Source of the DNA: an uncultured Chloroflexia bacterium
GTDB taxonomy: Bacteria; Chloroflexota; Limnocylindria; Limnocylindrales; CSP1-4
Length of the DNA stretch: 64,000 bases
NCBI GenBank assembly: GCA_963766735.1
Contig: CAVYBU010000006.1
Span: 1 to 64,000, forward strand
Reading direction: 5' to 3'
The notes under the pieces are model-generated. The model ran no database searches. It was not told the DNA's origin and saw only the letters and a program-made list of their open reading frames with translations. Below, one piece after another: positions 41,084 to 51,990 of this stretch (its first letter is position 1; every line of letters begins with the position of its first letter). Made by a program: the position numbers and the translations under genes.

Positions 41084-41935
41084 TCAGTCCGGTGACGGGC
41101 CGCGCGCGGCGGCCAGCTCCTGGCGCAGGGCAGCGATCTCGGCCCTGATGTCCGCCAGCTCGCTGACCGGAACCGTCACGGTTGCCGGGCCGTCGCCGAG
41201 GGCCGCCGCATCGCCCGTTGGCGACGCCGCCTCGGCCTTCGCTGCCTCCGGTTCCTCCGGTGTCGCGGGCGCGACCAGCATGGAGGCGAGGATGCTGGCC
41301 AGGGCACCGATGATGCCGATGCCGGCAACCATGACGAAGACGGCGGTCAATTGTCCCAGGAACGTCACGGGGTAGTGGTCGCCGTAGCCCACGGTGGTGA
41401 TGGTCACGATGCCCCACCAGATGGCATCGCCACCGTTCAGGATGTTGGCGTTGGGGTCCTTGCTCTCGAACTGCAGCACCAGCACGCTCGCCACGGAGAG
41501 CACGATCCCCGCCAGCAGGATCGTGATGAAGGTGGCGTACTCGCCGCGGTTCTTGAGCACGTCCACCACGAGGTCCTTGCCGGCCTGGCCCCGCAGCAGC
41601 TTGGTGATCCGCGCGAGGCGGCTGAGCCGGGCGAGGCGGAGGAGAGCGCCCAGCTGGAAGATCCCGATGCTCGGGACCGAGCCGAGCAGGTCCAGCCAGC
41701 CCCGCTCGCCGATGAAGTACCCCCGCTTCGGCTTCGACCCGGCGAGGTTCATGGCGAAGTCGATCAGGAAGATCACGCAGATGACGTTGTCGTAGAGGTT
41801 GACCAGCTGGCGCGTGTCGCCGTCCAGGGGCAGGAGCAGCACCACCATGAGGACCAGCGAGAAGATCGTCAGGACCAGGATGAAGATGTTGTACGAGTTG
41901 CCGTGCGTGCGCATCACCGGTGCTGCGGCGGTCAT
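41084..41935 (-). CDS. Potassium channel / ion transporter
   Basis: LLRLARLSRLAR, WWGIVTITTVGYGD. Confidence 0.92.
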   Translation of the reverse strand: MTAAAPVMRTHGNSYNIFILVLTIFSLVLMVVLLLPLDGDTRQLVNLYDNVICVIFLIDFAMNLAGSKPKRGYFIGERGWLDLLGSVPSIGIFQLGALLRLARLSRLARITKLLRGQAGKDLVVDVLKNRGEYATFITILLAGIVLSVASVLVLQFESKDPNANILNGGDAIWWGIVTITTVGYGDHYPVTFLGQLTAVFVMVAGIGIIGALASILASMLVAPATPEEPEAAKAEAASPTGDAAALGDGPATVTVPVSELADIRAEIAALRQELAAARGPSPD

Positions 41936-42105
41936 GCCTGCGGATCCTCCTCGTGGTGGGCCCTGTCGGGGCTGGCGCCATCCTACCTATTCGGACGAGG
42001 CTTCCGGGCACCGCGGGCGGTGGTATTGACGAGAGGGCCGGACTGTCACCGCTCTGTCACGCCCCCGCTGCACCATCCGCCGCGGGGAAGACGCCGGCCC
42101 TTGCC

Positions 42106-45100
42106 CTACGGCGTGAAGTAGCCGGTGACGTCGAACACGACGTGGGCCGTCCTGCCGCTGGTCCGCGCGACATAGGTGATCGAGAGCGTGCCCCCCGAGC
42201 CGAGGGCGACGGTGACCCCGTTGGCCCGGGTGTCCCCTGTCGGGAAGTTGAGGGTCGAGCTGGTGGGGGCGCTGGTGGCGACCGGACCCAGGTACAGGTA
42301 GCCCGCACCGGTCTGCCCGGTCACGGTGAGGGTGCCGGTCACGGCTGTGGCGTTGGCGGGGACCCCGCCCCTGTTGGTCACCTGGACAGTCCGGGCCACC
42401 TTGGTCTTGAACGCGCCGGCGAGGCCGTTGCCGCTCCGGCTGTCGAGCAGCCGGACCGGGGTGAGGGCGTGGTACGTGGCTCCGGTGGCATCGGGCGTGA
42501 AGTAGCCGGTGACGTCGAACACGACGTGGGCCGTCCTGCCGCTGGTCCGCGCGACATAGGTGATCGAGAGTGTGCCCCCCGAGCCGAGGGCGACGGTGAC
42601 CCCGTTGGCCCGGGTGTCCCCTGTCGGGAAGTTGAGGGTCGAGCTGGTGGGGGCGCTGGTGGCGACCGGGCCCAGGTACAGGTAGCCCGCACCGGTCTGC
42701 CCGGTCACGGTGAGGGTGCCGGTCACGGCTGTGGCGTTGGCGGGGACCCCGCCCCTGTTGGTCACCTGGACAGTCCGGGCCACCTTGGTCTTGAACGCGC
42801 CCGGTGAGGCCGTTGCCGCTCCGGCTGTCGAGCAGCCGGACCGGGGTGAGGGCGTGGTAGGTGGCTCCGGTGGCATCGGGCGTGAAGTAGCCGGTGACGT
42901 CGAACACGACGTGGGCCGTCCTGCCGCTGGTCCGCGCGACATAGGTGATCGAGAGCGTGCCCCCCGACCCGAGGGCGACGGTGACCCCGTTGGCCCGGGT
43001 GTCCCCTGTCGGGAAGTTGAGGGTCGAGCTGGTGGGGGCGCTGGTGGCGACCGGGCCCAGGTACAGGTAGCCCGCACCGGTCTGCCCGGTCACGGTGAGG
43101 GTGCCGGTCACGGCTGTGGCGTTGGCGGGGACCCCGCCCCTGTTGGTCACCTGGACAGTCCGGGCCACCTTGGTCTTGAACGCGCCCGGTGAGGCCGTTG
43201 CCGCTCCGGCTGTCGAGCAGCCGGACCGGGGTGAGGGCGTGGTAGGTGGCCCATGCCGTCCGGTCGATCGTGACCGTGCCGGCGGCGACCGCGGCGGCGG
43301 GACCCGGGTTGCCCGCGGCATCGGTGACGCTGGCTGCCTTGAGGGCCAGGATGACCGTGCCCGCGGAGCATGCGGTGACCGGGACGGCGTAGCTGGCGCC
43401 CGCACCTGTCGGCGTGCCGACGACGCAGCCCGTGGCGGTGCCGGTCCGGGTGAAGTCGGCGGCGGCGAGCCCGGTCACGCTCTCGCTGAACGCGAGGGTG
43501 TAGGAGAGGGTTGTCGCCTTGGTCGGGGATGCCGGGGCGGTGAGGGTGGCGGAGGGCGGCGTCCGCTCGATCGTGACCGTGCCGGCGGTGACCGCGGCGG
43601 CGGGACCCGCGTTGCCCGCGGTATCGGTGACGCTGGCTGCCTTGAGGGCCAGGATGACCGTGCCCGCGGAGCATGCGGTGACCGGGACGGCGTAGCTGGC
43701 GCCCACACCTGTCGGCGTGCCGACGACGCAGCCCGTGGCGGTGCCGGTCCGGGTGAAGTCGGCGGCGGCGAGACCGGTCACGCTCTCGCTGAACGCGAGG
43801 GCGTAGGAGAGGGTTGTCGCCTTGGTCGGGGATGCCGGGGCGGTGAGGGTGGCAGTCAGTCCAGCGCCGTTGACCGAGTGGGCCAGGAGGTTCGGGCTTC
43901 CCGTGCCGATCCCGGTCAACACGCCCGGCGTGGCGTCGGCAAGGACGGCCGCGCCGACGGTCGCGGCGCTCCCCGAGGGGTTCAGTCCATACACGACGGC
44001 CGCGATACCTGCCACGTGGGGTGCAGCCATGGACGTGCCGCTCCAGGTCGCGCTGGCGGTGTCTGATGTGATGCCTGCGGAAAGAACACCCACACCGGGC
44101 GCAAACAGGTCCAGACACGACCCGAAGTTGCTGAACCCGGCCCGGCTGTCCGTCTTGTCCGTTGCCCCAACCGTCAATGCCTGGGGAGCGCTCGCGGGCG
44201 AGGTCAAGCACGCGTCCTCGGTGGAGTTCCCAGCCGCCACGACCACAACAACGCCATCGGCAACCGCGTTGGCGATCGCCGCGTTCAGAGCAGAGCTGAA
44301 AGCCCCTCCGATGCTGAGGTTGGCAACTGCCGGTTCGCCGGAAGCGTGGTCTTCGATCATCCAGTTCAGGGCGGCGATCGTCCAGGAGCTCCAGCCCGAA
44401 CCCGCGCAGTCAATCGCTCGGATGGGGACAAGCGTCACCGCCTTGGCGACTCCATAGGTCGCTCCACCGATCGTGCCGGCGACGTGGGTTCCGTGCCCAT
44501 GGCAGTCGTCCGTGTCGGTGGCGTCGATCCGGTCAGGCACGAGGTTCGCCCCGGATCGGACGCGCCCGCGGAACTCGTCATGGGTGGCGCGGATGCCAGA
44601 ATCGATCACGTAGGCGGTGACACCGGCGCCGCCGTTGGGCACGTATTCGTACGTCCCGGAGAGCGGGAGGGTCCGGCTGTCGATCCTGTCGAGCCCCCAC
44701 GGGGGCCCGACCTGACTGTCCGTGGTCGTGAGGATCACGTCGGGCACCACCGACTTGACGTTGGGGTTGTGGAGTAGCGCCGACAGCTGCCCGGCATTCA
44801 GCCAGGCGGCGAACCCGTGCATCGCTGCCCCGTACCTGTGCGTGACCGCCCCAGCCGGAAGGTCGCGTGTCACATCACGAACGTTCGTCCGTGGAGCGAC
44901 TTCAACCAGGTAGGGACAGGCTCCGGCGTCGCCGGCGCCGGACCACGGCGCGGCCGACGGGTCGCACGGCTCGGATGGGGCGGCGGACGGCGAGATGGCA
45001 GCGGGGAGGCCAGGGGCCGCCGGCCACGGGTCCGTGGTGCCGTGGGCACCGGTGGCAACCCGGGCCGAGGTCGCGAATGCCGTCCCGGCGAGACCGCCCG

Positions 45101-45155
45101 AAGCCAGCGCCACGGCAACAGCCAGCGCCGCGATTCGCGGCCGAAGGTGCTTCAT
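42106..45155 (-). CDS. Secreted S8 subtilase with I9 propeptide, 2 Ig-like and 3 C-terminal repeats (two frameshifts)
   Basis: [28 protein letters not shown]; signal peptide. Confidence 0.92.
42110..43250 (-). repeat. Three near-identical 384-bp intragenic repeats
   Basis: [14 protein letters not shown]...[11 protein letters not shown]; TTGGTCTTGAACGCG recurs at 42401, 42785 and 43170. Confidence 0.95.
43260..43855 (-). repeat. Two near-identical 303-bp intragenic repeats (Ig-like)
   Basis: [27 protein letters not shown]...TD.AGN occurs twice. Confidence 0.93.
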
Positions 45156-45546
45156 CGAGCGGCCCACGCCTGTCCACGAGGGCACGGCTTCCCAACTGCG
45201 CTATAGAACGCAAGGGGCGGCGGCAGCCTCCCGTTCGGCAACGGTGAACCTCGTCTTGGCCTGTTGGCGGCGGCCACGAGCCCGTCTGAGCTCGTTCGTG
45301 GCCACCTGCTCATAACACGATAGGGGCTGTGATTGCGATAGCCGTACTTGTGGAAACCCATAAGGCCCATGCGGCCAGTAGCACGGTACAACCGACCCAA
45401 TGATCTACGCATGGCAAGCGTGGTCGATCCACCCCACTTCATGCCCGCGGGGAGGGAGCAGCCGCGGGTGAACGTGGAGCGGATGCACCGCCCAATAGAT
45501 GCTGCCCGCAAGCGCAGGTCACCGGGTGCGCTAGGATACTGACCAC

Positions 45547-45621
45547 GCCGACATAGCTCAGCGGTAGAGCAGCTGTTTCGTAAACAGCAGGTCCTCGGTT
45601 CAAATCCGAGTGTCGGCTCCA
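45547..45621 (+). tRNA. tRNA-Thr(CGT)
   Basis: Acceptor GCCGACA/TGTCGGC, anticodon stem GCTGT/ACAGC with loop TTCGTAA, GGTTCAAATCC, encoded CCA. Confidence 0.97.
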
Positions 45622-45634
45622 GCGATCTGAACGT

Positions 45635-45662
45635 GAAACCCGGTCGAGAGACCGGGTTTCTT
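45635..45662 (+). terminator. Hairpin downstream of the tRNA
   Basis: GAAACCCGGTC-GAGA-GACCGGGTTTC, then TT. Confidence 0.65.
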
Positions 45663-45908
45663 GCTGCCACCCACGCCGCTGCGGCCCCAGAGCTGCGACT
45701 CAAGGCGGCCGGCATCGCGAACTTGCGCCGTCAGCCGATCACGGCGGCGGCTCACCGCTCGATGTCGGCTCCCAGGCAGCTGTTCCCCCTTCACGCGACG
45801 ACGACAACAGCTGCACGACCACACGATCGTGGTTCTTGCCGGCGATGGTCGGAGTGATCGCGCCCCGGGTCCCACCCACCATGACCGACGGGTCAATCCG
45901 GGAGGTCG

Positions 45909-46367
45909 ATGCGGCACTCCCGGCGGTCACGTCCTCGGCTGACAATTCGGCTCGTGTCCGCACTCGCCACCACCCTGGTCGCGCTGTTCATGATCGTCAT
46001 GGGCCTTGGGATGGCCGGGATCTGGACCGTCGACATCGTGCGCAGCCCCGAGGTGGACCGCTCGCGAGGCCTGGTGAAGGCTCGTGACCGCTCCACGCGA
46101 TCACTCCTCGTCCCGCACTGGCTTGCGGAATACAGCACGGCGACACTGCTGCTCATCGGCGGTCTCGGACTCCTGGTGGGGTTCGACGCCGCGTCCTGGG
46201 CCTGGCTCATCGGGGCGGGCCTCGGTGCCCTCGCCTACTCGGCGCTCAACAGCCTCGGCTGGGTTCTGGCAGATCGCGCGCGGTTCGTCTACGCGCTGCC
46301 GATGACCGTCGGCCTCATCGGAGCGATCGTCTCGCTCGGTCTCCTTGCAGGTGGGGCGCTGCCTTGA
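45909..46367 (+). CDS. Membrane protein, unknown function
   Basis: Four hydrophobic segments; start uncertain. Confidence 0.6.
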   Translation: MRHSRRSRPRLTIRLVSALATTLVALFMIVMGLGMAGIWTVDIVRSPEVDRSRGLVKARDRSTRSLLVPHWLAEYSTATLLLIGGLGLLVGFDAASWAWLIGAGLGALAYSALNSLGWVLADRARFVYALPMTVGLIGAIVSLGLLAGGALP

Positions 46368-46371
46368 TCGC

Positions 46372-47610
46372 CTACCTGCGGCCCAGCCCGGTCTCGGGCG
46401 CTCCGACGAGGATGACGCGGTTGCCGAATGTGTCCTTGCCGGACTCCATGTCGGCGTGAGCCTGGCCAACCTGGTCGAACGGGTAGACCCGTCCCAGGCA
46501 GGGATCGAGCTTGCCCGCGCGCATCAGGTCGTTGAAGGCAGTCCCCTGGACGTCGTTGCAGCCGTGCGATCCCTGCAGGCGCTTCTGGCGTACCCAGTGA
46601 TAGCGCAGGTCCACCGACGCCGAGTACCCGGACGTCCCCGCGCAGATCACCACCATCCCGCCCGCCTCGCAGACGAAGATGCTGGTGGGAACGGTGGCCT
46701 CGCCCGGATGCTCGAACACGATGTCCGGACTGCGCTTCTCGCCCAGCACGTCCCAGATTGCCTTGCCGAAGGCGCGGCACCCGGCCGTCCACTCCTTCTG
46801 GCCCGCATCGTCGGTCCAGTGCGGCGGGATGCCCCAATGGCTGAAGTTGTTGCGGTTGATGTAGCCGACCGCGCCGAGCTTCTTGCAGTACTCACCGCGC
46901 TCGTCATCGGAGACCACCGCGACCGCCCTGGCGCCGTGCACGGTCGCCAGCTGGATCGCCTGGGAGCCAAGCCCGCCGGAGCCGCCCCACACCAGCACGA
47001 CATCCCCGGCCTTGAGCTCGTTGCCCTTCCACCCGAACAGGCTGCGATAGGCGGTCGTCCCGACCAGGGTGGGGGCGGCGGCCTCTTCCCAGGTCAGGTG
47101 CGTCGCCTTGGGCAGGACCGCGTGGTCCTGCGCAACGCAGAACTGGGCGAACGAGCCGAAGTTGGTGTTGTAGCCCCAGATCGCCGCGGACGGGGCGATC
47201 ATCGGATCCTTGCCGGCCTTGATCCAGGGATCATCCGGGTTCCAGTAGCCGTGGTGGACGATGACCTCGTCGCCGACCGTGACGTTGGCCACCTCGGCGC
47301 CGACCTTGTAGACGATGCCCGACACGTCGCTGCCGCCGATGTGGAAATCGTATGGCTCGCCCATCTTCTGGCGGATGGCGATCACGTCGATCGGGAGGCC
47401 GCGGGCCGCCCACACGTTGTTGAAGTTGACGCCCGCCGCCATCGTGCCGATCAGGACCTCGTGCGGCTTGAGCGGCGGCACGTCGACCTCTTCGACCTGG
47501 AACGCGGTGCGTGGGTCGCCATAGCGGCTCTGCCGGACGACCTGGGCCAGCATCCGCTGCGGGACGTCGCCAACGGGCGGAAGCGATCCAATCGGATAGG
47601 ACTCAGCCAT
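46372..47610 (-). CDS. ccr: Crotonyl-CoA carboxylase/reductase
   Basis: [51 protein letters not shown]. Confidence 0.9.
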   Translation of the reverse strand: MAESYPIGSLPPVGDVPQRMLAQVVRQSRYGDPRTAFQVEEVDVPPLKPHEVLIGTMAAGVNFNNVWAARGLPIDVIAIRQKMGEPYDFHIGGSDVSGIVYKVGAEVANVTVGDEVIVHHGYWNPDDPWIKAGKDPMIAPSAAIWGYNTNFGSFAQFCVAQDHAVLPKATHLTWEEAAAPTLVGTTAYRSLFGWKGNELKAGDVVLVWGGSGGLGSQAIQLATVHGARAVAVVSDDERGEYCKKLGAVGYINRNNFSHWGIPPHWTDDAGQKEWTAGCRAFGKAIWDVLGEKRSPDIVFEHPGEATVPTSIFVCEAGGMVVICAGTSGYSASVDLRYHWVRQKRLQGSHGCNDVQGTAFNDLMRAGKLDPCLGRVYPFDQVGQAHADMESGKDTFGNRVILVGAPETGLGRR

Positions 47611-47754
47611 TACGCACGCACCTCCTGCCGGGGGTTCAACAACGGCGACGGACGACTCGGACGGCTCCCGCGCGCCGCTCGGACACTCTGCGGCGAGCGC
47701 TCCCAGTCTACTTTGACGCCGGATCGCGGTCACAGGTGCGCCTGCTCCGGGGTC

Positions 47755-48150
47755 TCAGCGTCCCTCCGGCTCCACCGGCAACCCGGCCTCCGACCACGCC
47801 GTGAACCCGCCGACCACGTCAGCGACGCTCGCAAACCCGAGGTCGCGCAGAGTCGCCGCGGCGATGCTTGACGAGTAGCCGTCGGCGCAGATGAGGATCA
47901 CCGGACGCTCGAGATCCGAGAGGGCCGGATCGTCGTAGCCGGAGCTCGGGTCGAGCCGCCAGAACAGGACCGACAGCGGCACATGGGCCGAGCCCGGGAT
48001 CACCCCGGCCTCACGACGGCCCTCCCCACAGCGCGTATCCACGAGGAGCGCGCCGTCCTGCAGGGCGCGGTAGGCGTCCTCCGGCGCGAGGCGCTCGATC
48101 CGCTCCCGCGCGGCCGCGAGCAGGTCGTCGATCGTCCGTCGTGCGCTCAT
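47755..48150 (-). CDS. Rhodanese-like protein
   Basis: LLVDTR, IPGS, CADGYSSS, GGFTAW. Confidence 0.88.
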   Translation of the reverse strand: MSARRTIDDLLAAARERIERLAPEDAYRALQDGALLVDTRCGEGRREAGVIPGSAHVPLSVLFWRLDPSSGYDDPALSDLERPVILICADGYSSSIAAATLRDLGFASVADVVGGFTAWSEAGLPVEPEGR

Positions 48151-48356
48151 CGCCGTTCCCCGGGCCGCATCACCATCGCCGCATCCTGACGGCACGAGAC
48201 CACGGTGGCAACTCCCCCTGCGTCTGGGGTGTCAGCCAGCGCGCAATAAGACGGTCGCGGACGCCGTTTCCCGGACGCACCGCCCGGGGACGTACCCGGG
48301 TGACACGCGCTGCCGGCGCCCCTAGGATGGACGCTTCGCACATGGAGGGCGACGCG

Positions 48357-48599
48357 ATGGCCGACACGATCTGGACATGGGCCACACTCGATAGCCACGG
48401 TATCGATGTTGTCGAGGAGGCGGAGCGGACGCTCGGTGCCGACTTCGTCCTGGCGTACACGGCCGGCGAGCCGCGGACGGACCTGCCGGCGCTCCTGCCG
48501 ATGGTTGCGGCAAACCTGGACGAGAGTCAGCTCGAGTGCCTGCGCGGGCTCGAGGCGCAGCTCGGCGTCGTGGCGGTCGCCTACCGGCTGTCCGCCTGA
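48357..48599 (+). CDS. Hypothetical protein
   Basis: GGAGG RBS, 80 aa, GC3-rich codons. Confidence 0.6.
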   Translation: MADTIWTWATLDSHGIDVVEEAERTLGADFVLAYTAGEPRTDLPALLPMVAANLDESQLECLRGLEAQLGVVAVAYRLSA

Positions 48600-48646
48600 C
48601 CCGCCCCGACCCCGGGGCCCGTGGGATCGAGAGTCTGGAGGGCGAG

Positions 48647-49790
48647 ATGTTTGGGACATTGAAGCGGCCAACGGCCGTCCTGCTGACGGCAGGTCTGGCG
48701 TTGTCCCTGGGGGGCGGCGCCACGAGGGCCCAGGCCGCCAACCCTTCGCTGGCCTCGGCCTCGTTCACCCCCTACTTCGGGGACCTGCACGCCCACACCG
48801 GCTACTCCGACGGCAAGCGGGGCACGACGCCCGACGACGCCTTCTCGTTCGCGGCGGCGGCCGAGGCGGACTTCATGGCGACGACCGATCACCAGGGCTC
48901 GCTGACGTCCGCGGAGTGGGCGGACACCCTGGCGGCGGCCGAGCGCAACACGACGGACTCGTTCGTCGCGATGGCCGCCTACGAGGCCTGGGTCGTCGGC
49001 GTCGGCGAGATCAACATGTTCAACACTCCGAACTGGCCGAAGGAACCGACCGGGAAGGGGGCCGACAAGGCGAACTCCGGCCACCACGGCAACCGCTGGC
49101 TGAGCCTGCCGATCACCTACGACTGGCTCGCGAACGAGTCGGGCGCGGTCGGCCAGTGGAACCACCCGACGGCCTACGCCGGCGCATCGAGCGAGAACTT
49201 CGTCGCCTTCGGGGATCGGAACGATGACCGCGACCAGGGTATGGGCCTGATCGAGGTCTTCAACGACGTCGTCTACGAATTCGAGCTACGTCCTGGCCCT
49301 CGATGCGGGCTGGCACGTGATGCCGTCGGCGAACTCCGACACCCACGGCGCCGACTGGATCTCCGGTTCCGACGTGCGGACGGTGCTGCTCGCCGACACC
49401 CTGGCGCCTGACGCTCTCTACGCAGCCATGAGCGCCGGCCGGGGCTACGCGACGATCGACAAGAACCTGCGCGTGCGGTTCGACGTCAACGGCGCGGTGA
49501 TGGGGTCCGTCCTGGGCGGCCTGCCCTCGACATTCGAGATCCAGGTCCAGGTGGAGGACCCGGACGCCGTCGATGGGGACCAGGGGGACCTCGTCACGAA
49601 GGTGGAGATCGTCTCCGACGGGGGTGTCGTGGTGGCGACCCATGACGTCTCCGACTCCACGGTGGAGTGGACCACTACCCTCACCTCTGCGACGGCGCAC
49701 TACTTCTACGCGCGCATCTCGACCGCCTCGGGGCCCGACGGAGTGCCGGGACCGACGGCCTGGACCGCACCGGTCTGGACCGGCCGCTGA
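48647..49790 (+). CDS. Secreted PHP-like (CehA/McbA-type) metallohydrolase, frameshift near 49280
   Basis: GDLHAHTGYSDG, TDH, NHP, NSDTH, AWTAPVW. Confidence 0.85.
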
Positions 49791-49929
49791 TAGATCGGCT
49801 GGGCGCCGCGCCCTCGCCCTGATCGACGAGGCCGCCCGCTCGATTGGTCTCGCCGAGTGGCCGGACCCCCGTCGGATGCTCGCCGGCTGATCGTCCGTCG
49901 GATCCGTGACGGCAGGATAGAGTTCGTCC

Positions 49930-50733
49930 GTGCTACGTGAGGTCGCCGAATACCCGAACTCCTTCGGCCCGCTCGGGCCGCGGGACGAGCGGATCGATAC
50001 AGGCCGCTACACGCTGTGCCTGGGCATGGGCAAGACGTGGAACACGGTCCAGCGGCAGCGGTTTCCGCTCGAGGAGCTGGACCAGGTGCTGACCGAGGTG
50101 CGAGCGGCGCTCCGGGAGCGTGGGCGCACCCGGACGCAGTGGGAGGTCGGCAGCTCGGCGCCCTCAGGACTCGTCGACGCCCTGCTGGAGCGCGGCCTGG
50201 TGCGTGACAAGGACCCCTACGCGGTCGCGCTGGTTCTGACGCGGGAGCCGCCGGCTGCGGGACCGGATCTCGTGGCCCGCCGGGTCGAGACCTTCGACGA
50301 CTACCAGCGCGCGAATGCCGTCCAGTGGGAGGCGTTCGGCATGACGGAGGACGAGATCGCGGAGGCCCGCGAGCTGCTCCCCGAGCGCTTCCGCGAGAGG
50401 GTGAACCTCATGCACGCGGTGTGGCTCGACGGGGAGCTCGTCTGCGCCGGAACCTCGGCCCCGACCGGGCACGGGCTCCTGCTGTACGGTGGCGCCACCA
50501 GCCCCCGTGCCCGCGGCCGGGGCGCCTACCGCGCGCTCGTGCGTGCCCGCTGGGACGAGGCCGTGGCGCGCGGCACGCCGGCCCTGCTCACCCAGGGAGG
50601 CGCGATGTCGCGCCCGATCCTGGAGCGCCTGGGCTTCGAGCCCGTCGGGGAGGTTCACATGCTCGTTGACGACCTCGAGCCCCACGTTCAGGACGGCCCG
50701 CTCACCCACCACATCGAGGAGCCGATGCCATGA
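49930..50733 (+). CDS. GNAT-family acetyltransferase
   Basis: GGATSPRARGRGAYRAL, SRPILERLGF. Confidence 0.82.
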   Translation: MLREVAEYPNSFGPLGPRDERIDTGRYTLCLGMGKTWNTVQRQRFPLEELDQVLTEVRAALRERGRTRTQWEVGSSAPSGLVDALLERGLVRDKDPYAVALVLTREPPAAGPDLVARRVETFDDYQRANAVQWEAFGMTEDEIAEARELLPERFRERVNLMHAVWLDGELVCAGTSAPTGHGLLLYGGATSPRARGRGAYRALVRARWDEAVARGTPALLTQGGAMSRPILERLGFEPVGEVHMLVDDLEPHVQDGPLTHHIEEPMP

Positions 50734-51968
50734 AGGTCCTCGTCGCCGACCAGTTCGAGCAATCGGGCCTCGCCGGCCTGGCGGACGCCGGGTGCGAGGT
50801 CGTCTTCGATCCGGCCCTCCAGGGCGGGGTGCTCGCAGCGGCGCTCCACGAGACCCGAGCCGAGGTCCTCATCGTCCGATCGACGAAGGTGACCGCGGAC
50901 ATGATGTATGGCGGCGACCTGGCCCTCATCGTCCGGGCGGGAGCGGGCTACAACACGATCGACGTCGCCGCCGCGTCCGCCGCCGGGATCTACGTCTCGA
51001 ACTGCCCGGGCAGGAACTCGGTCGCCGTCGCCGAGCTCGCCTTCGGCCTGATCCTGGCCCTCGACCGCCGCATCCCCGACAACGTTGCCTCGCTCCGCGC
51101 CGGGCGGTGGGACAAGAAGGAGTTCTCGAAGGCGGCCGGCCTCAAGGGCAGGACGCTCGGGCTCCTTGGCTTCGGGGCGATCGCCCAGGAGGTCGCCCGC
51201 CGCGCGCAGGCGTTCGGGATGGACATCGTCGCCTGGAGCCGCCGGTTCGAGGACGGCGCTCCCGTGGACTTTGCTGCCTATGGCCTCGACCCGGCTGCGC
51301 GCGATTCGCGGGTCACCGCCGTCACCTCGCCGGCCGCGGTCGCCGAGGCGGCCGACATCCTGAGCGTCCACCTCGGCCTCGGACCCGCGACCCGCGGCCT
51401 CGTGGGCGCCGACCTCCTCGGCCGGCTCCGCCCCGGTGCCTTCCTCGTCAACACGTCGCGCGCGGAGGTCATCGACCACGAGGCGCTCGCCGTAGCCGTC
51501 CGGGAGCGCGGGATCCGCGTCGGTCTCGATGTCTACCCCGACGAGCCCACGACCGGGACCGCCGCGTACCACCTCGCCCTGCTCGACGAGCCCGGCGTCT
51601 ACGGGACCCACCACATCGGCGCCTCGACCGATCAGGCGCAGGAAGCGATCGCCTCCGAGACCGTCCGGATCGTGCGCGCGTTCGCCGAGACCGGCCGGGT
51701 CCCGAACGTCGTGAACCTGTCCCGGCAGTCGCCCGCGACACACATGCTGGTCGTCCGCCACCGCGACCGCCCGGGCGTCCTCGCGCACATCTTCGAGCAG
51801 CTCCACGACGCCGGCATCAACGTCCAGGAGACGGAGAACGTCGTGTTCGAGGGAGCCGAGGCCGCCGTCGCGCGGATCAACCTCGACCACGCCCCGACGG
51901 CCGACCTCCTCGCTGCGATCTCGGCCGGCAATGAGAACATCCTGAGCGCGCAGCTCGTCGCCCTTTGA
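50730..51968 (+). CDS. serA: D-3-phosphoglycerate dehydrogenase with ACT domain
   Basis: RAGAGYNTID, GFGAIA, NTSR, HIGAST, HRDRPGVL; adjacent to serC. Confidence 0.9.
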   Translation: MKVLVADQFEQSGLAGLADAGCEVVFDPALQGGVLAAALHETRAEVLIVRSTKVTADMMYGGDLALIVRAGAGYNTIDVAAASAAGIYVSNCPGRNSVAVAELAFGLILALDRRIPDNVASLRAGRWDKKEFSKAAGLKGRTLGLLGFGAIAQEVARRAQAFGMDIVAWSRRFEDGAPVDFAAYGLDPAARDSRVTAVTSPAAVAEAADILSVHLGLGPATRGLVGADLLGRLRPGAFLVNTSRAEVIDHEALAVAVRERGIRVGLDVYPDEPTTGTAAYHLALLDEPGVYGTHHIGASTDQAQEAIASETVRIVRAFAETGRVPNVVNLSRQSPATHMLVVRHRDRPGVLAHIFEQLHDAGINVQETENVVFEGAEAAVARINLDHAPTADLLAAISAGNENILSAQLVAL

Positions 51969-51990
51969 GCGGCCAAGGAGGCCCCACACC

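Noticed and set aside
42110-43855. DGR template/variable repeats
   Set aside because: In-frame tandem domain repeats, no adenine-specific mismatch pattern and no reverse transcriptase.
45160-45540. Riboswitch or sRNA upstream of the S8 protease
   Set aside because: Some hairpins, but no recognisable c-di-GMP or other aptamer consensus by eye; needs an Rfam scan.
45547-45621. tRNA-Thr as an island attachment site
   Set aside because: No adjacent integrase and no duplicated tRNA 3' end seen in the window.
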